A stretch of 64,000 nt of DNA from Rhodospirillales bacterium (lineage in GTDB: Bacteria; Pseudomonadota; Alphaproteobacteria; Bin95), in NCBI GenBank assembly GCA_038143065.1, contig JAYQLI010000035.1:160001-224000 (forward strand). The letters run 5' to 3'. Shown here in pieces: positions 1 to 13,518 of this stretch; position 1 is the stretch's first letter; each line of letters starts with the position of its first letter. A program made the position numbers and the translations under genes. Below the pieces are notes generated by a model. That model was given only the letters and a program-made list of their open reading frames with translations, did not search any database and was not told the DNA's origin.

Positions 1-287
1 CGTGTTTTGGTCCGTCGTGTTGATCAGGATCAAAAGAGTTCCGGTGGCATCATCATTCCTGATACTGCTCAGGAAAAACCATCCGAAGGTGAGATCATTG
101 CCGTAGGCGGTGGTCGTATTGATGATAACGGTGGCGTGCATGCGCTTGACGTAAAAGCTGGCGATCTAATCTTGTTCGGAAAATGGTCCGGTACAGAGGT
201 TAAGGTTGGTGGCGAGGATCTCCTTATCATGAAGGAAAGCGATATCCTCGGAATCATCGAAAAAAAGGTGCTAAGAAGAAGAAGTAA
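1..287 (+). CDS. groES: Co-chaperonin GroES (5'-truncated by window edge)
   Basis: [25 protein letters not shown] and IMKESDILG motifs. Adding one A to the A-run at 260-266 gives ...[11 protein letters not shown] ending at TAA 285-287, so the ORF-track extension to 348 is probably an indel artefact. Confidence 0.95.
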
Positions 288-379
288 TCCGGATTATCGG
301 TCCTTCGTTTTTTCTCACATCGAAAGAATTTCTTACGTCAGCGTATGACGTAAAATTAACATTAAACAATAGGAGCTAG

Positions 380-2040
<1,661 letters not shown>

Positions 2041-2082
2041 GTCTAGGCCAACCATAGCCTTTTCCGATATATTTGTATCGGT

Positions 2083-2123
2083 AAGAAGGGTCGTGTGGAT
2101 GTCCGCGCGACCCTTCTTTTTTT
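2083..2123 (+). terminator. Rho-independent terminator of groESL
   Basis: AAGAAGGGTCGTGTGGA-TG-TCCGCGCGACCCTTCTT hairpin followed by a T run. Confidence 0.85.
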
Positions 2124-2147
2124 CTTGATTGATGGAATTCCTTAGAA

Positions 2148-3053
2148 ATGAAATTAGTGCATATCCTTCATGAAAATCCTGAGTGGATCGAGCCTTACCG
2201 TGCAGCATTTTCGCTGATGGGATTAGAAACTCGAGAAATATTCATGAATGGAGGAGCATTCGATTTAGACTCTATTCCTTCCGATGGCATTTATTGGAGC
2301 CGTGTGAGTGCATCAGCATTGTCCCGCGGTCATGAATTAGCAGCAGCCACAGCTGCTGCCATATTTGACTTTCTAGGGTTGCATGGACGCCGCGTAATAA
2401 ACGGGGCCGGAGCCCTTCGATTGGAGATGAGCAAAGTTTCGCAGCACGCTTCGCTCGCCGCTGCAGGCATAGCAACGCCCAGAACCATTGCAGTTGTTGG
2501 AAGCGATCGTCTTGAGGCTGCTGTAATTGACGCTCAGTTTGCGTGTAAGCCCTTTGTGTTGAAACCAAACCGTGGTGGGAAAGGTCTTGGGGTTCGACTG
2601 TTGCAGGATTTAGATGATCTTCGCTCCAATATTTCTCGGGTTGCCGATGAACCCAGTGCCGACAATGTGTGGTTGATACAGGAATATTGTCCTTCGCCCG
2701 ACCAAACAATTACTCGTTTGGAGTTTATTGGAGGAAGCTTGCATTACGCTGTTCGCGTCCACACTGGTGGTGATTTCGAGCTTTGCCCGGCTGAGGCATG
2801 CGCTCTTCCTGGAGCGCCGCCAATGTTTGAGATTGAGCCTGTTGAGGACCTGGGTTTAGTAAATACAATCGGTGCTTTTCTTAAAACCAGCGGAGTGGAA
2901 GTTGCAGGCGTTGAGTTCCTGAAAACATCAGATGGGCAACAGCTTGTTTACGATATTAATACAAACACCAACTATAATAGCGAAGCAGAAGAGCGAGCTG
3001 GAGTTGAGCCAGGACCAATGGCTCTTGCGAGATTTATTGCTTCTTTGTGTTAG
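2148..3053 (+). CDS. ATP-grasp ligase, RimK/glutathione synthase-like family
   Basis: PFVLKPNRGGKGLGV, LIQEY, YDINTNTNYN and a CPAEAC motif. Confidence 0.8.
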   Translation: MKLVHILHENPEWIEPYRAAFSLMGLETREIFMNGGAFDLDSIPSDGIYWSRVSASALSRGHELAAATAAAIFDFLGLHGRRVINGAGALRLEMSKVSQHASLAAAGIATPRTIAVVGSDRLEAAVIDAQFACKPFVLKPNRGGKGLGVRLLQDLDDLRSNISRVADEPSADNVWLIQEYCPSPDQTITRLEFIGGSLHYAVRVHTGGDFELCPAEACALPGAPPMFEIEPVEDLGLVNTIGAFLKTSGVEVAGVEFLKTSDGQQLVYDINTNTNYNSEAEERAGVEPGPMALARFIASLC

Positions 3054-3233
3054 CAGGAGCTTAGTCTTTGCGGCTATCTGTACCATTATCCATGGTTAAT
3101 TTTTCATGGCCCTAAATCGACAGTTCTTCTCAGCTGCTTTAGCCTTTAAAACAATTTGAGTTGAGAGTTACTTTGATCCTCCCCAAGCTGGTTAAATAGA
3201 CTTGGCATTTGTACCTCAAGATGGAATAAAACA

Positions 3234-4240
3234 ATGCGCATTCAGCAATTGGGCCGCTCTGGCCTTAAGGTCTCAGAGCTTTGCATTGGGACAATGCTTT
3301 TGGCGGAGCTACTAGCGAAACTGAAGCCAACCAAATTCTTGAAGAAGCGGCTGATCAAGGTGTTAATTTTATTGACACTGCCGATAGTTATGCCGGTGGA
3401 AAGTCTGAGGAAATGGTGGGGCGGCTCATTAGTGACCGCAGAAATGAGTGGGTGCTAGCAACAAAATTTGCCAATCCCCTTGGCAGTGGGCCGAATGGCG
3501 GCGGAACGAACAGAAAATGGGTGATGAAGGCCTGTGAAGATAGCTTGAAGCGTTTGGGAACAGATCACATCGATATTTACTACCTGCACAAAGAAGATCA
3601 CACGACCCCACTTGAAGAAACTGTCAGGGCAATAGCTGATTTGCAGCGTGATGGGAAAATTCGTTATTTTGGATTGTCCAACTATCGGTCTTGGCGGGTT
3701 GCTGAAGTTTGTAGAATTTCCGATAGCCTCAACATTGATAGACCAATTATAAGTCAGCCTTACTACAACCTAGTCAATCGAATGCCAGAGACCGAGCAGT
3801 TGCCAGCCTGCAATCATTTTGGGTTGGGTGTATTTCCGTATAGTCCGATAGCCCGAGGAGTACTTACAGGTAAATACAAACCAGGCGCAGATCCTGATGC
3901 TGGAAGTCGAGCTGCGCGTGGTGATAAGAGGATGATGGAAACAGAGTGGCGACAAGAATCATTGCATGTAGCTGCTAAGATGGCTGAAAGAGCGATTGCT
4001 GTTGGAGTCACGCCAGGGCAATTTGCAACCGCCTGGGTTCTTAATAATAGCTTAATTACGGGGCTTGTAGCTGGTCCGCGAACCATTGATCAATGGAGGG
4101 ATTATGCTGGCGCTACCTCCTATCGATTTACGGAAGAGGATGAAACATTTTGCAATAGCTTAGTTGCTCCTGGTCATCCATCAACTCCAGGCTTCAATGA
4201 CCCAGCATATCCGATTGAAGGAAGAGTTCCGAGAGTTTGA
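3234..4240 (+). CDS. Aldo/keto reductase (indel near 3297)
   Basis: LGRSGLKVSELCIGTM in ORF 3234 continues as FIDTADSY, SLKRLGTDHIDIYYLH and YSPIARGVLTGKY in ORF 3281..4240. Confidence 0.9.
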
Positions 4241-5532
4241 GTCCTGATGAAGTATGTCTGAGAACTAGCTTTTTTGAGAATAGACCGACCCTTATAGATC
4301 ACTTCATTTCCAGACTTTGCTCTGATATTGGCAATCGCATCCTCTATTTTAGCTGCACGTGCCAAGTCTTCTGTTGAAAGTAGATCTGCTGTGTCTGCGT
4401 CTGTCTGTGAACGCAAGCCCGTTCCTGTCAGGCCTATTAGCCGATATTGGTCTTTACCCACTTCATTAAGAAGCATTCCTTCAGCTACCTGATAGAGTCG
4501 TTCAGCCAATTGTGTAGGTGGTGAAACCGTACATTGACGAGTAATTATTCGAAATTTTTCAGTTTTTAATTTTAAAACTACAGTGCTTGCCGATAACTGT
4601 TTTTTCTTTAAGGCGTCGCGCAACTTTTTCTGCGTGACGCCACAATAATGGTTTTAAGTCATCAGGGTCATGTAAATTATGTTCAAGAGTTATTTCGGAT
4701 GAAATACTTTTAGTTTGTCTGTTTGCACTCACCATACGAGGATCTTTGCCCTTACAAAAATTCGCAAGGCGAGCTCCTGATGCACCATATTTGGCTTCGA
4801 GAACGCCCATAGGTGAGCGAGCAAGATCTCCAACTGTTTTAAACCCATCCCTTGTGAGTAGCTGTCTAAATTTTGCGCCGACGCCCGGGAGTTCTGAAAC
4901 GGGTAGTTGGGCTAAAAATTCCTTTGCCTCCGATCTTCCAATGATTGAAAATCCCCTTGGCTTATCAAGATCAGATGCGAGCTTCGCCAGAAATTTTGCA
5001 TACGAAAGACCAATTGAAACGGTTATGCCTAAGTCTTCCTCAATCCTTTTCGCAATACTCGCAAGCACCGCTGCCGGTGGTTTAGAATGAAGGCGCGCCG
5101 AACCCTGAAGATCTAAGAAGGCTTCATCAATTGAGATAGGTTCGACAAGCGGAGTGGTGCTTTCAAGAATTGCTCTTACTTCTCGCCCTACTGCAGCATA
5201 CTTTGCCATATCAGGGCGAAGGACTACTGCTTGAGGGCATGCGCGTAGCGCCTTGAACATAGGCATCGCTGACTTTATGCCAAACCTTCTGGCCACGTAA
5301 CATGCGGTAGCGACCACACCACGTCTGCCACCACCTATGATAAGAGGTATGCCTTGCAGTTCTGGATTGTCGCGTTTTTCCACAGAAGCATAGAAGGCAT
5401 CGCAATCAATGTGAGCGATAGTGAGCTCGGTTAGCTCACTATGAATAACTTGACGTGGTGAGGCACAATCAGGGCAGCGCAGCACATCCTCTCATAATCC
5501 AGATGTCCACAATCTCGGCATAGCCTAGCCAT
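4174..5532 (-). CDS. dinB: DNA polymerase IV with N-terminal CxxC/CxxC zinc ribbon (indels near 5490 and 4600; C-terminus uncertain)
   Basis: ATG at 5532 reads MARLCRDC... then RCPDCASPR. HIDCDAFYASVE and PISIDEAFLD Y-family motifs are present. The little-finger domain (VVLKLKT...YRLIGL) is in ORF 4174..4623. Confidence 0.92.
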
Positions 5533-5620
5533 CAATTAGTTGCCTTTTTGAAGAGAGCATAGTGATTATCCTTGTAAGGGGGTAGAGTTCTAACAGTTCT
5601 CCAATTCGAAAGGTTAAGCT

Positions 5621-6457
5621 GTGCAAATAGGTTGTTTCTACTTTCCCGCTGATTATGGCATTGATGTCAGGGAGCTTGCCCGAGCAATGGAAGATCGGGG
5701 TTTTGAGAGCCTTTTCTTCCCTGAGCACACACATATACCCACAAGTCGCCAGTCACCCTGGCCAGGTGGTGGTGAGCTTCCCAAGTGCTACAGCCATACT
5801 CATGACCCATTTGTGGCTTGCACAGCTGCTGCTGTTGTCACTGAGAAACTTAAAATTGGGACTGGTATTTGTCTGGTGCCGCAGCATGAGCCAATAGTTA
5901 CGGCAAAAGCCATTGCTAGCGTCGATCAGATCTCCGGCGGTCGCTTTATGTTTGGCATTGGCGGAGGGTGGAATGTGGAGGAAATGGAGGACCATGGCGC
6001 CACATACAAAACCCGCTTTGCCATTATGCGCGAGCATATTCTTGCGATGAAACAGCTATGGACCCAAGAGGAGGCAAGTTTTGATGGTGAATTTGTTAAA
6101 TTTCCGCCTTCGTGGTCATGGCCAAAGCCAGTACAGAACCCTCATCCTCCAATCCTTCTAGGTGGCGAGACTGATTATACCCTTAAGCGTGTCGTGGAGT
6201 ATTGCGATGGGTGGTATCCTCGCCCTTGGCAGGGATTTGACCCCGCTGAAGCAGTCGCGAGACTTAAGCGTTTTGCTGATGAGGCTGGTCGGGATATGTC
6301 GACACTCTCGATTACAACTTTTCGTGCAAAAGCAGATGCACAATCACTGGCGGAGTATGCTGATGCCGGCATTACTCGAGCACTTTTAGAGATTAAAGAC
6401 GAAAGCCGTGATGAAATTCTTCGCCGGCTTGATGAGTACGCAAAATTGCTCGTTTAG
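5621..6457 (+). CDS. LLM-class (luciferase-like, F420-dependent type) oxidoreductase
   Basis: FFPEHTHIP, DQISGGRFMFGIGGGWN and PKPVQNPHPPILLGG. Confidence 0.88.
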   Translation: MQIGCFYFPADYGIDVRELARAMEDRGFESLFFPEHTHIPTSRQSPWPGGGELPKCYSHTHDPFVACTAAAVVTEKLKIGTGICLVPQHEPIVTAKAIASVDQISGGRFMFGIGGGWNVEEMEDHGATYKTRFAIMREHILAMKQLWTQEEASFDGEFVKFPPSWSWPKPVQNPHPPILLGGETDYTLKRVVEYCDGWYPRPWQGFDPAEAVARLKRFADEAGRDMSTLSITTFRAKADAQSLAEYADAGITRALLEIKDESRDEILRRLDEYAKLLV

Positions 6458-6469
6458 AATTTAAAATAC

Positions 6470-6506
6470 AGCAGCGGCGATAAAAATTTGCCGCTGCTCT
6501 CTTTTT

Positions 6507-6507
<1 letters not shown>
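6470..6507 (+). terminator. Hairpin terminator between convergent LLM and ferredoxin genes
   Basis: AGCAGCGGCGA-TAAAAATT-TGCCGCTGCT followed by a T run. Confidence 0.7.
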
Positions 6508-7892
<1,385 letters not shown>

Positions 7893-8078
7893 TTACTCGT
7901 CATCCTTGGCATCGAGTACTTGCCGACCACGATAGGTGCCGGACTCGAGATCGACGTGATGAGGGCGACGGATATTTCCGGTTTCCTTATCCACTACAAC
8001 CCCTTCAGGCTTAAGTGCGTGGTGAGAGCGGCGCATATTGCGACGCATGCGTGATGTTTTCTTCTTTGGAACGGCCAT
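7893..8078 (-). CDS. rpmF: 50S ribosomal protein L32
   Basis: [22 protein letters not shown]...RRPHHVD...YRGRQVL. Start at ATG 8078. Confidence 0.97.
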   Translation of the reverse strand: MAVPKKKTSRMRRNMRRSHHALKPEGVVVDKETGNIRRPHHVDLESGTYRGRQVLDAKDDE

Positions 8079-8241
8079 GTCTAATATCCAAAACAAGACG
8101 GCCAGCGACAAGGCTGGCCCTCGAAAAAAAACTTTCTAACCGCTCGGCTGCTACTGTGCAAGTATGCACTTATGAACAAACCGAAAAACAAGGGAGAAAG
8201 TGGCTCAATTGGGACTATTTAAAGCTAGTAAATTGATATTT

Positions 8242-9895
8242 TTAATTTCGACGATCTAACAGACCTTTGGCTATAACCTGAGCCTGAATTTCCGCAGCAC
8301 CTTCGAAAATATTTAATATCCGAGCATCACACAGTAATCTGCTCATTTCATATTCCTCTGCATAGCCATTACCGCCGTGAATTTGCACACCATTATCTGC
8401 ATTTGACCAAGCTGTGCGGGCAGCCAATAGTTTTGCCATGCCAGCTTCTATATCGCAGCGCCGGTCGGAATCCTTTTGCCTCGCAGAGAAGTAAGTGAGT
8501 TGCCTAGAGACCATTGTTTCAACAGCCATCCAGGCAAGTTTACCGGCAACGCGAGGGAAATGAACAATAGATTTGCCAAACTGTCGTCTTTCATTCGCGT
8601 AGGTAAGTGCTACTTCCAAAGCTCTTGCTGCAACACCGACAGAGCGAGCTGCTGTCTGGATACGGGCACTTTCAAATGTGGCCATAAGTTGCTTGAAACC
8701 TTGACCCTGTTCCTGTCCCAGAAGGTTTTCACTTTCAATTTTAAACCCGTCGAAGGCAATCTCGTACTCTTTCATTCCTCGATAACCGAGTACTTTGATT
8801 TCACCACCTGACATTCCTTGGCTTGGGAAGGGATCGGCATCTGTCCCTCTAGATTTAGGAGCAATGAACATTGAAAGGCCACGATATCCAGGTGCATCTG
8901 GGTTTGTCCGCGCAAGCAGTGTCATAACATCCGCTCGAGCTGCATGCGTTATCCAGGTTTTGTTACCTGTAACTTCGTATGTATCACCCTTTTGTACAGC
9001 ACGAGTTCGAAGAGAGCCTAAATCAGATCCCGTGTCAGGTTCCGTAAATACCGCCGTGGGGGAGAACTTCGCCGCTGGCGATTGGTTGGAGCCATTTTTC
9101 TTTTTGTTCCTGTGTGCCACCAAGGCGGATTAGTTCTGAGGCAATTTCTGACCGAGTGCCGAGGGAACCTACCCCAATGTAACCGCGTGATAACTCTTCG
9201 GTTACTACGCACATTGCAACTTTGCCCATTCCAAGACCCCCAAATTCTTCGGGGACCGTGAGACCAAAAACTCCGAGTTCGGCCATTTCGTCGACAATCT
9301 CCATTGGGATCAATTCGTCTTTGAGATGCCATTCGTGTGCTGGGCCAATAATCTTTTCGTCAACAAACCGTCTAAATTGTTGTTGGATGAGTTCTAACGT
9401 CTCGTCATCCAGCCCAAGGTCTCCAAAGTCGCCCTCCATAATGGCCTCGGCGAGAGCAATACGCGCTTTTGCAGACCAACCAGTTTCACGTAAGGCCATG
9501 ATTTCTGGAGTTTCGATTGGTGCAAGATCAGAGAAAGCTAGCCCCATATCACTGGGTCGGACGATTTCCCCCTGCGATATCGAAATACCTCCACTAATCT
9601 GGTTTAGATATTCAGCAAATGCTGCCGCTGCTATTCTCTGTTCGACTTCACGAAATTTGCCCGCAGACTCTAATCGCTCTGCCCATCCGAGTATTTCTCG
9701 CAATCCGGCAACGTAGGTTGAAAGCCAAGCAAACCCATGCGCAGCTAACTGTTCCTGTTCTAGCAATGCGGCATCGATTTTCCCCGAACCATTTCTAAGT
9801 TTCAAGTTCACCTGTTGTTCAGCTGTGGTTAAAACTTTTTCAGCGCCAGCAAGGGCGGCTGATAGTTGTTTGGTTGACGCCAGGCTGTCAGTCAT
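8242..9895 (-). CDS. mcd: Long acyl-CoA dehydrogenase, probably (2S)-methylsuccinyl-CoA dehydrogenase of the ethylmalonyl-CoA pathway (indel near 9057)
   Basis: About 550 aa with an N-terminal extension ([14 protein letters not shown]...SQGEIVRP) plus [30 protein letters not shown] and [15 protein letters not shown], typical of Mcd. Confidence 0.82.
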
Positions 9896-10045
9896 TCTTT
9901 TCCTCATACCAAAAGACCTAAATCGCTTCTGGAAAAAATATTTCGGCAGACATGAAAGGCAATTGCGGCCCAATCACGCGGGTGGACATAATATTAGTTA
10001 GAGTCTGATACTGTAGCGAATAGATAAGATAGGAATGGATAAGTC

Positions 10046-10207
10046 ATGTCTGAGATCAACAAGGGTTTAGAGAAAGCAAATGGCTTGGATCAAACATTGA
10101 TAGAGCGTGCTAGTGCTGACGCGGCACGACTTATCGGCGCTATGCCTAAAGATCTAAATCCCGCAGATGAGCCTGCTCTTATTTACAAGGCGGATCTTAC
10201 ATCATGA
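10046..10207 (+). CDS. Small 53-aa protein, putative AtzG/GatC-like amidase partner (absent from ORF track)
   Basis: MSEINKGLEKANGLDQTLIERASADAARLIGAMPKDLNPADEPALIYKADLTS. Its TGA overlaps the amidase ATG (ATGA at 10204-10207). Confidence 0.7.
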   Translation: MSEINKGLEKANGLDQTLIERASADAARLIGAMPKDLNPADEPALIYKADLTS

Positions 10208-11605
10208 ATGACGAAGATCTTGGCTTTTTGTCAATCGCCGATGCCAGCGAGAAAATAGCCCTTAAAAAGTTGTCTCCGGTTGAACTTACGGAAGCGCTCC
10301 TTCGCAGAGCTGGGGAATTAGATCCGAAGCTAAACGCCTATCTCCTGAAAGACGCTGACAAAGCTCTTGCTGCAGCTCAGGCGGCAGAAAAAGCAATTCA
10401 TAGTGGAAGAAAGCTTGGTCCTCTTCATGGTGTTCCATTCGGCCTCAAAGATATCGTTGATACAGCCGGTCTAAGAACTACCTGCCATTCAAAAATACTT
10501 GCCGACAATATCCCACAAAGGGACGCAACCGTTGCGGCTAAACTGAAGGCTGCTGGTGCAATTCTTATGGGTAAACTTTCGACCCATGAGTTTGCGCTTG
10601 GAGGTCCTGCATTTGACTTGCCCTGGCCGCCCGCTCGAAATCCTTGGAACCCTAACCACCATCCGGGAGGTTCTTCGTCGGGATCTGGTGCGGCAGTTGC
10701 GGCAGGTATGCTGCCCATGGCTATTGGCACAGACACCGGTGGAAGTGTGCGCAATCCAGCTTCATGTTGCGGGATTGTTGGCATGAAAGCTACATACGGC
10801 AGGGTTAGTCGAGCAGGCGTATTTCCGCTCTCCTACAGCTTAGACCATATTGGGCCGATGACTAGAACAGTCGTTGATAATGCCCTGATGTTGCAGGCCA
10901 TCTCAGGGTCAGATCAACGTGATCCAGCTTCGGCAAATGCTGCAATCCCCGACTTTACAGTAAAAATCGAGGATGGAGTTAAGGGTTTAAAGATAGGTTA
11001 TTTGAGACATTTCCATGAAGTTGATTCTTCCGGCGCATGGGGAAATGGCAAAGTCCCTAGACGATGCGGTTGATGTCTTAAAAAATGAAGGGGCGGAAGT
11101 CAGGGATGTTTCTTTCTTCCCTCTTTCAGAACTTGCTGCTGCTAATCGCATTGTCTTGCTGTCGGAGGCTTACTCCATTCATCGCAAGTGGTTAGCTGAG
11201 CGACCCGAAGACTATGCGAAGGCAACCCGAGATCGTATCCTCCCAGGAGCTTTTATGGGTGCCGCAGATTATGTTGATGCTTTGCGTCGACGGGCTATTT
11301 ATCGAGAGCACTTCAAGCGCCTGATGTCAGAAGTTGACGTGATCATTTGTGCGTCTTCTATGGATCCAGCCTGTCGCATAGACGACGAAGCGGAAGTGGG
11401 CCGCACATATGGCCGCCAGGCACGTACACCATTTAATTTGCTTGGTGTACCTGCTCTAGCCGTTCCAACTGGTTTTTCAAACGAGGGCTTGCCATTATCG
11501 ATGCAAGTAGTTGGTAAAGCCTTCGATGAGGCAACAGTTTACCGAGTAGCTCGTGCTTATGAGCGCGTGACAGATTGGTCCACCCATCGTCCAAAACCCA
11601 ACTGA
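10204..11605 (+). CDS. Amidase-signature family protein (GatA/AtzE-like; indel near 11030-11040)
   Basis: GPLHGVPFGLKD, PGGSSSGSGAAVA and GTDTGGSVR give the Ser-cisSer-Lys triad. C-terminal GLPLSMQVVG. Confidence 0.92.
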
Positions 11606-11651
11606 CGAGAAGTTTTAGATTAACTTTTGAGTCTGATGGAAAGGGAAAGTT

Positions 11652-12455
11652 TTGAGGCGAATAGAAATCTCGGGGCAAACGTCTGTACTTCCAATTATTG
11701 GCCGTCCAGTTGAGCAAGTGAAAGCACCTATGGTTTTTAATCGATTTTTTGAAGAAAGGTCGATTGACTGTGTGATGGCAGCGTTAGAGCTGGAAAATGA
11801 AGCTGCAGATGCTTTTATTCAGTCAGTTCGTGGTATGTCTAACGCGCTTGGATACGTTGCTACAGTACCTCACAAACAACGCGCAGCCTCAGCATGTGAT
11901 GATCTTTCAAGTCGGGCAGCCTTTCTTGGTGCCGTTAATTTGATACGACGTGAGCAAGATGGCCGTCTATTCGGAGATATGACGGATGGGCTTGGTTGTG
12001 TGGAGGCAATGCGTCGTCACGGTGTGGATCCGGAAGGAAAGTCTGCATTTGTAATTGGCGTAGGCGGTGCTGGCTCGGCTATTGCTCATGCACTGGCAGA
12101 AGCAGGAATTAGCCACTTAAATATTACTGATTCTGCAGCTGGGCGCGCTGAGGCTTTGCAGCTTCGGCTATCACAAATCTTCCCGCAGGTTGCTATAAAA
12201 GCCGCGGTTGCTGACATGCAAACCTTGGATATTGTCGTGAATGCATCACCGGTTGGCATGAACGGAGATATCAGTATGCCTGCTAGTCTCGAGGGCATTC
12301 GACCAGCAGCTTTGGTGGCAGATGTTGTTACTAACCCAGCAGATACTCCGTGGCTTAAGAAAGCCAAAGAGAAGGGTTGTATTTGTCAGACAGGCCTTGA
12401 AATGGTTGATGGTCAGTTTGATCTAATGGTTAAGCATTTCGGTTTCAAAATATAA
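11652..12455 (+). CDS. Shikimate dehydrogenase family protein (AroE/YdiB-like paralog)
   Basis: TVPHK, GAVN, GDMTDGLG, IGVGGAG and VNASPVGM. Confidence 0.85.
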   Translation: MRRIEISGQTSVLPIIGRPVEQVKAPMVFNRFFEERSIDCVMAALELENEAADAFIQSVRGMSNALGYVATVPHKQRAASACDDLSSRAAFLGAVNLIRREQDGRLFGDMTDGLGCVEAMRRHGVDPEGKSAFVIGVGGAGSAIAHALAEAGISHLNITDSAAGRAEALQLRLSQIFPQVAIKAAVADMQTLDIVVNASPVGMNGDISMPASLEGIRPAALVADVVTNPADTPWLKKAKEKGCICQTGLEMVDGQFDLMVKHFGFKI

Positions 12456-12497
12456 GAGTGTGAACGGTCGTAAACCACGTTAGAGGGGCTAAATAAA

Positions 12498-13517
12498 ATG
12501 GAATTTCAGTTGGGTGTAATGCTTCGGGGCCAATATGAGCACGGGGCAGACATGGTCGTTAAAGCTGATGAAATGATTGAGCAGGCGCGCTTTGCAGACC
12601 GCCTTGGATATGCATCAATTACCAAAGGGTCGCATTTTTCTACTGATGATTTTCAAGCCTTGCAGCAGTTTCCTGTGCTGGCACGCCTTAGTGGTGAAGT
12701 GAAGCGCGCTAGATTAAACGCAGGCATAGTCCTACTGCCTCTGCAAAAGCCACTAGATATGGCGGAGCAACTTGCAACAATTGATATTCTATCTAATGGG
12801 CGCCTGATCTTTGGTGTTGGCTTAGGTTATCGCGATGTTGAGTTTAAAGCATTTGGCACAAGCCGTAAGGAACGAGGACGGCGAACGACAGAAAATCTGA
12901 TTGCAATCAAGAGGTTGTGGTCTGAAGATAAAGTATCAATAAAGGGTACGCATTTTGAGCTCGATGAGGCCGTGTGTTGGCCCAAGCCCATTCAAAAGCC
13001 TAACCCACCGATCTGGATCGGTGCAAATGCCGACGTTGCGCTTAAACGAGCTGCTGAGCATGGAGATTGTTGGTACATCAATCCTCACAATACTCTCGAA
13101 ACAACAGCGCGTCAGCTTGATGTTTACAGAGGCTATTTAGATGAGGTTGGTAAGGACTTTCCAACTGAATTACCTATGCGGCGGGAAGCATTTGTAGCGA
13201 AAACAAAGGAAGAGGCGCTTAGGCTTGCTGGCCCGTTCGTTGCCAAGAAGTACGCGGCTTATCATTCATGGGGACAAGATGATGATATGCCTGAGGATGA
13301 GTCGCTTGCTGGTGGTCTGGATGCCATCGTTGGAGACCGTTTTTTAATCGGCTCACCAGATGAAGTGTCTGAGCAGATGATTACTATTAATAAAAAACTT
13401 GGAGTTAACCATATCATCTTATCTATGGAATGGGCAGGTATGGAAAAATCCGTGGCTATGGATTGTATGCAAATGATGGCTGAAGAGGTCATGCCAAAAG
13501 TAAAGCAGGGGGTTTAA
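12498..13517 (+). CDS. LLM-class flavin-dependent oxidoreductase
   Basis: AEQLATIDILSNGRLIFGVGLGYR and PKPIQKPNPPIWIGA. Confidence 0.88.
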   Translation: MEFQLGVMLRGQYEHGADMVVKADEMIEQARFADRLGYASITKGSHFSTDDFQALQQFPVLARLSGEVKRARLNAGIVLLPLQKPLDMAEQLATIDILSNGRLIFGVGLGYRDVEFKAFGTSRKERGRRTTENLIAIKRLWSEDKVSIKGTHFELDEAVCWPKPIQKPNPPIWIGANADVALKRAAEHGDCWYINPHNTLETTARQLDVYRGYLDEVGKDFPTELPMRREAFVAKTKEEALRLAGPFVAKKYAAYHSWGQDDDMPEDESLAGGLDAIVGDRFLIGSPDEVSEQMITINKKLGVNHIILSMEWAGMEKSVAMDCMQMMAEEVMPKVKQGV

Positions 13518-13518
13518 A

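Noticed and set aside
5460-5532. Zinc-ribbon N-terminus on DinB as a novelty
   Set aside because: A CxxC...CxxC extension is common on alphaproteobacterial DinB.
7893-8078. rpmF away from yceD/plsX
   Set aside because: Stand-alone rpmF is common in alphaproteobacteria.
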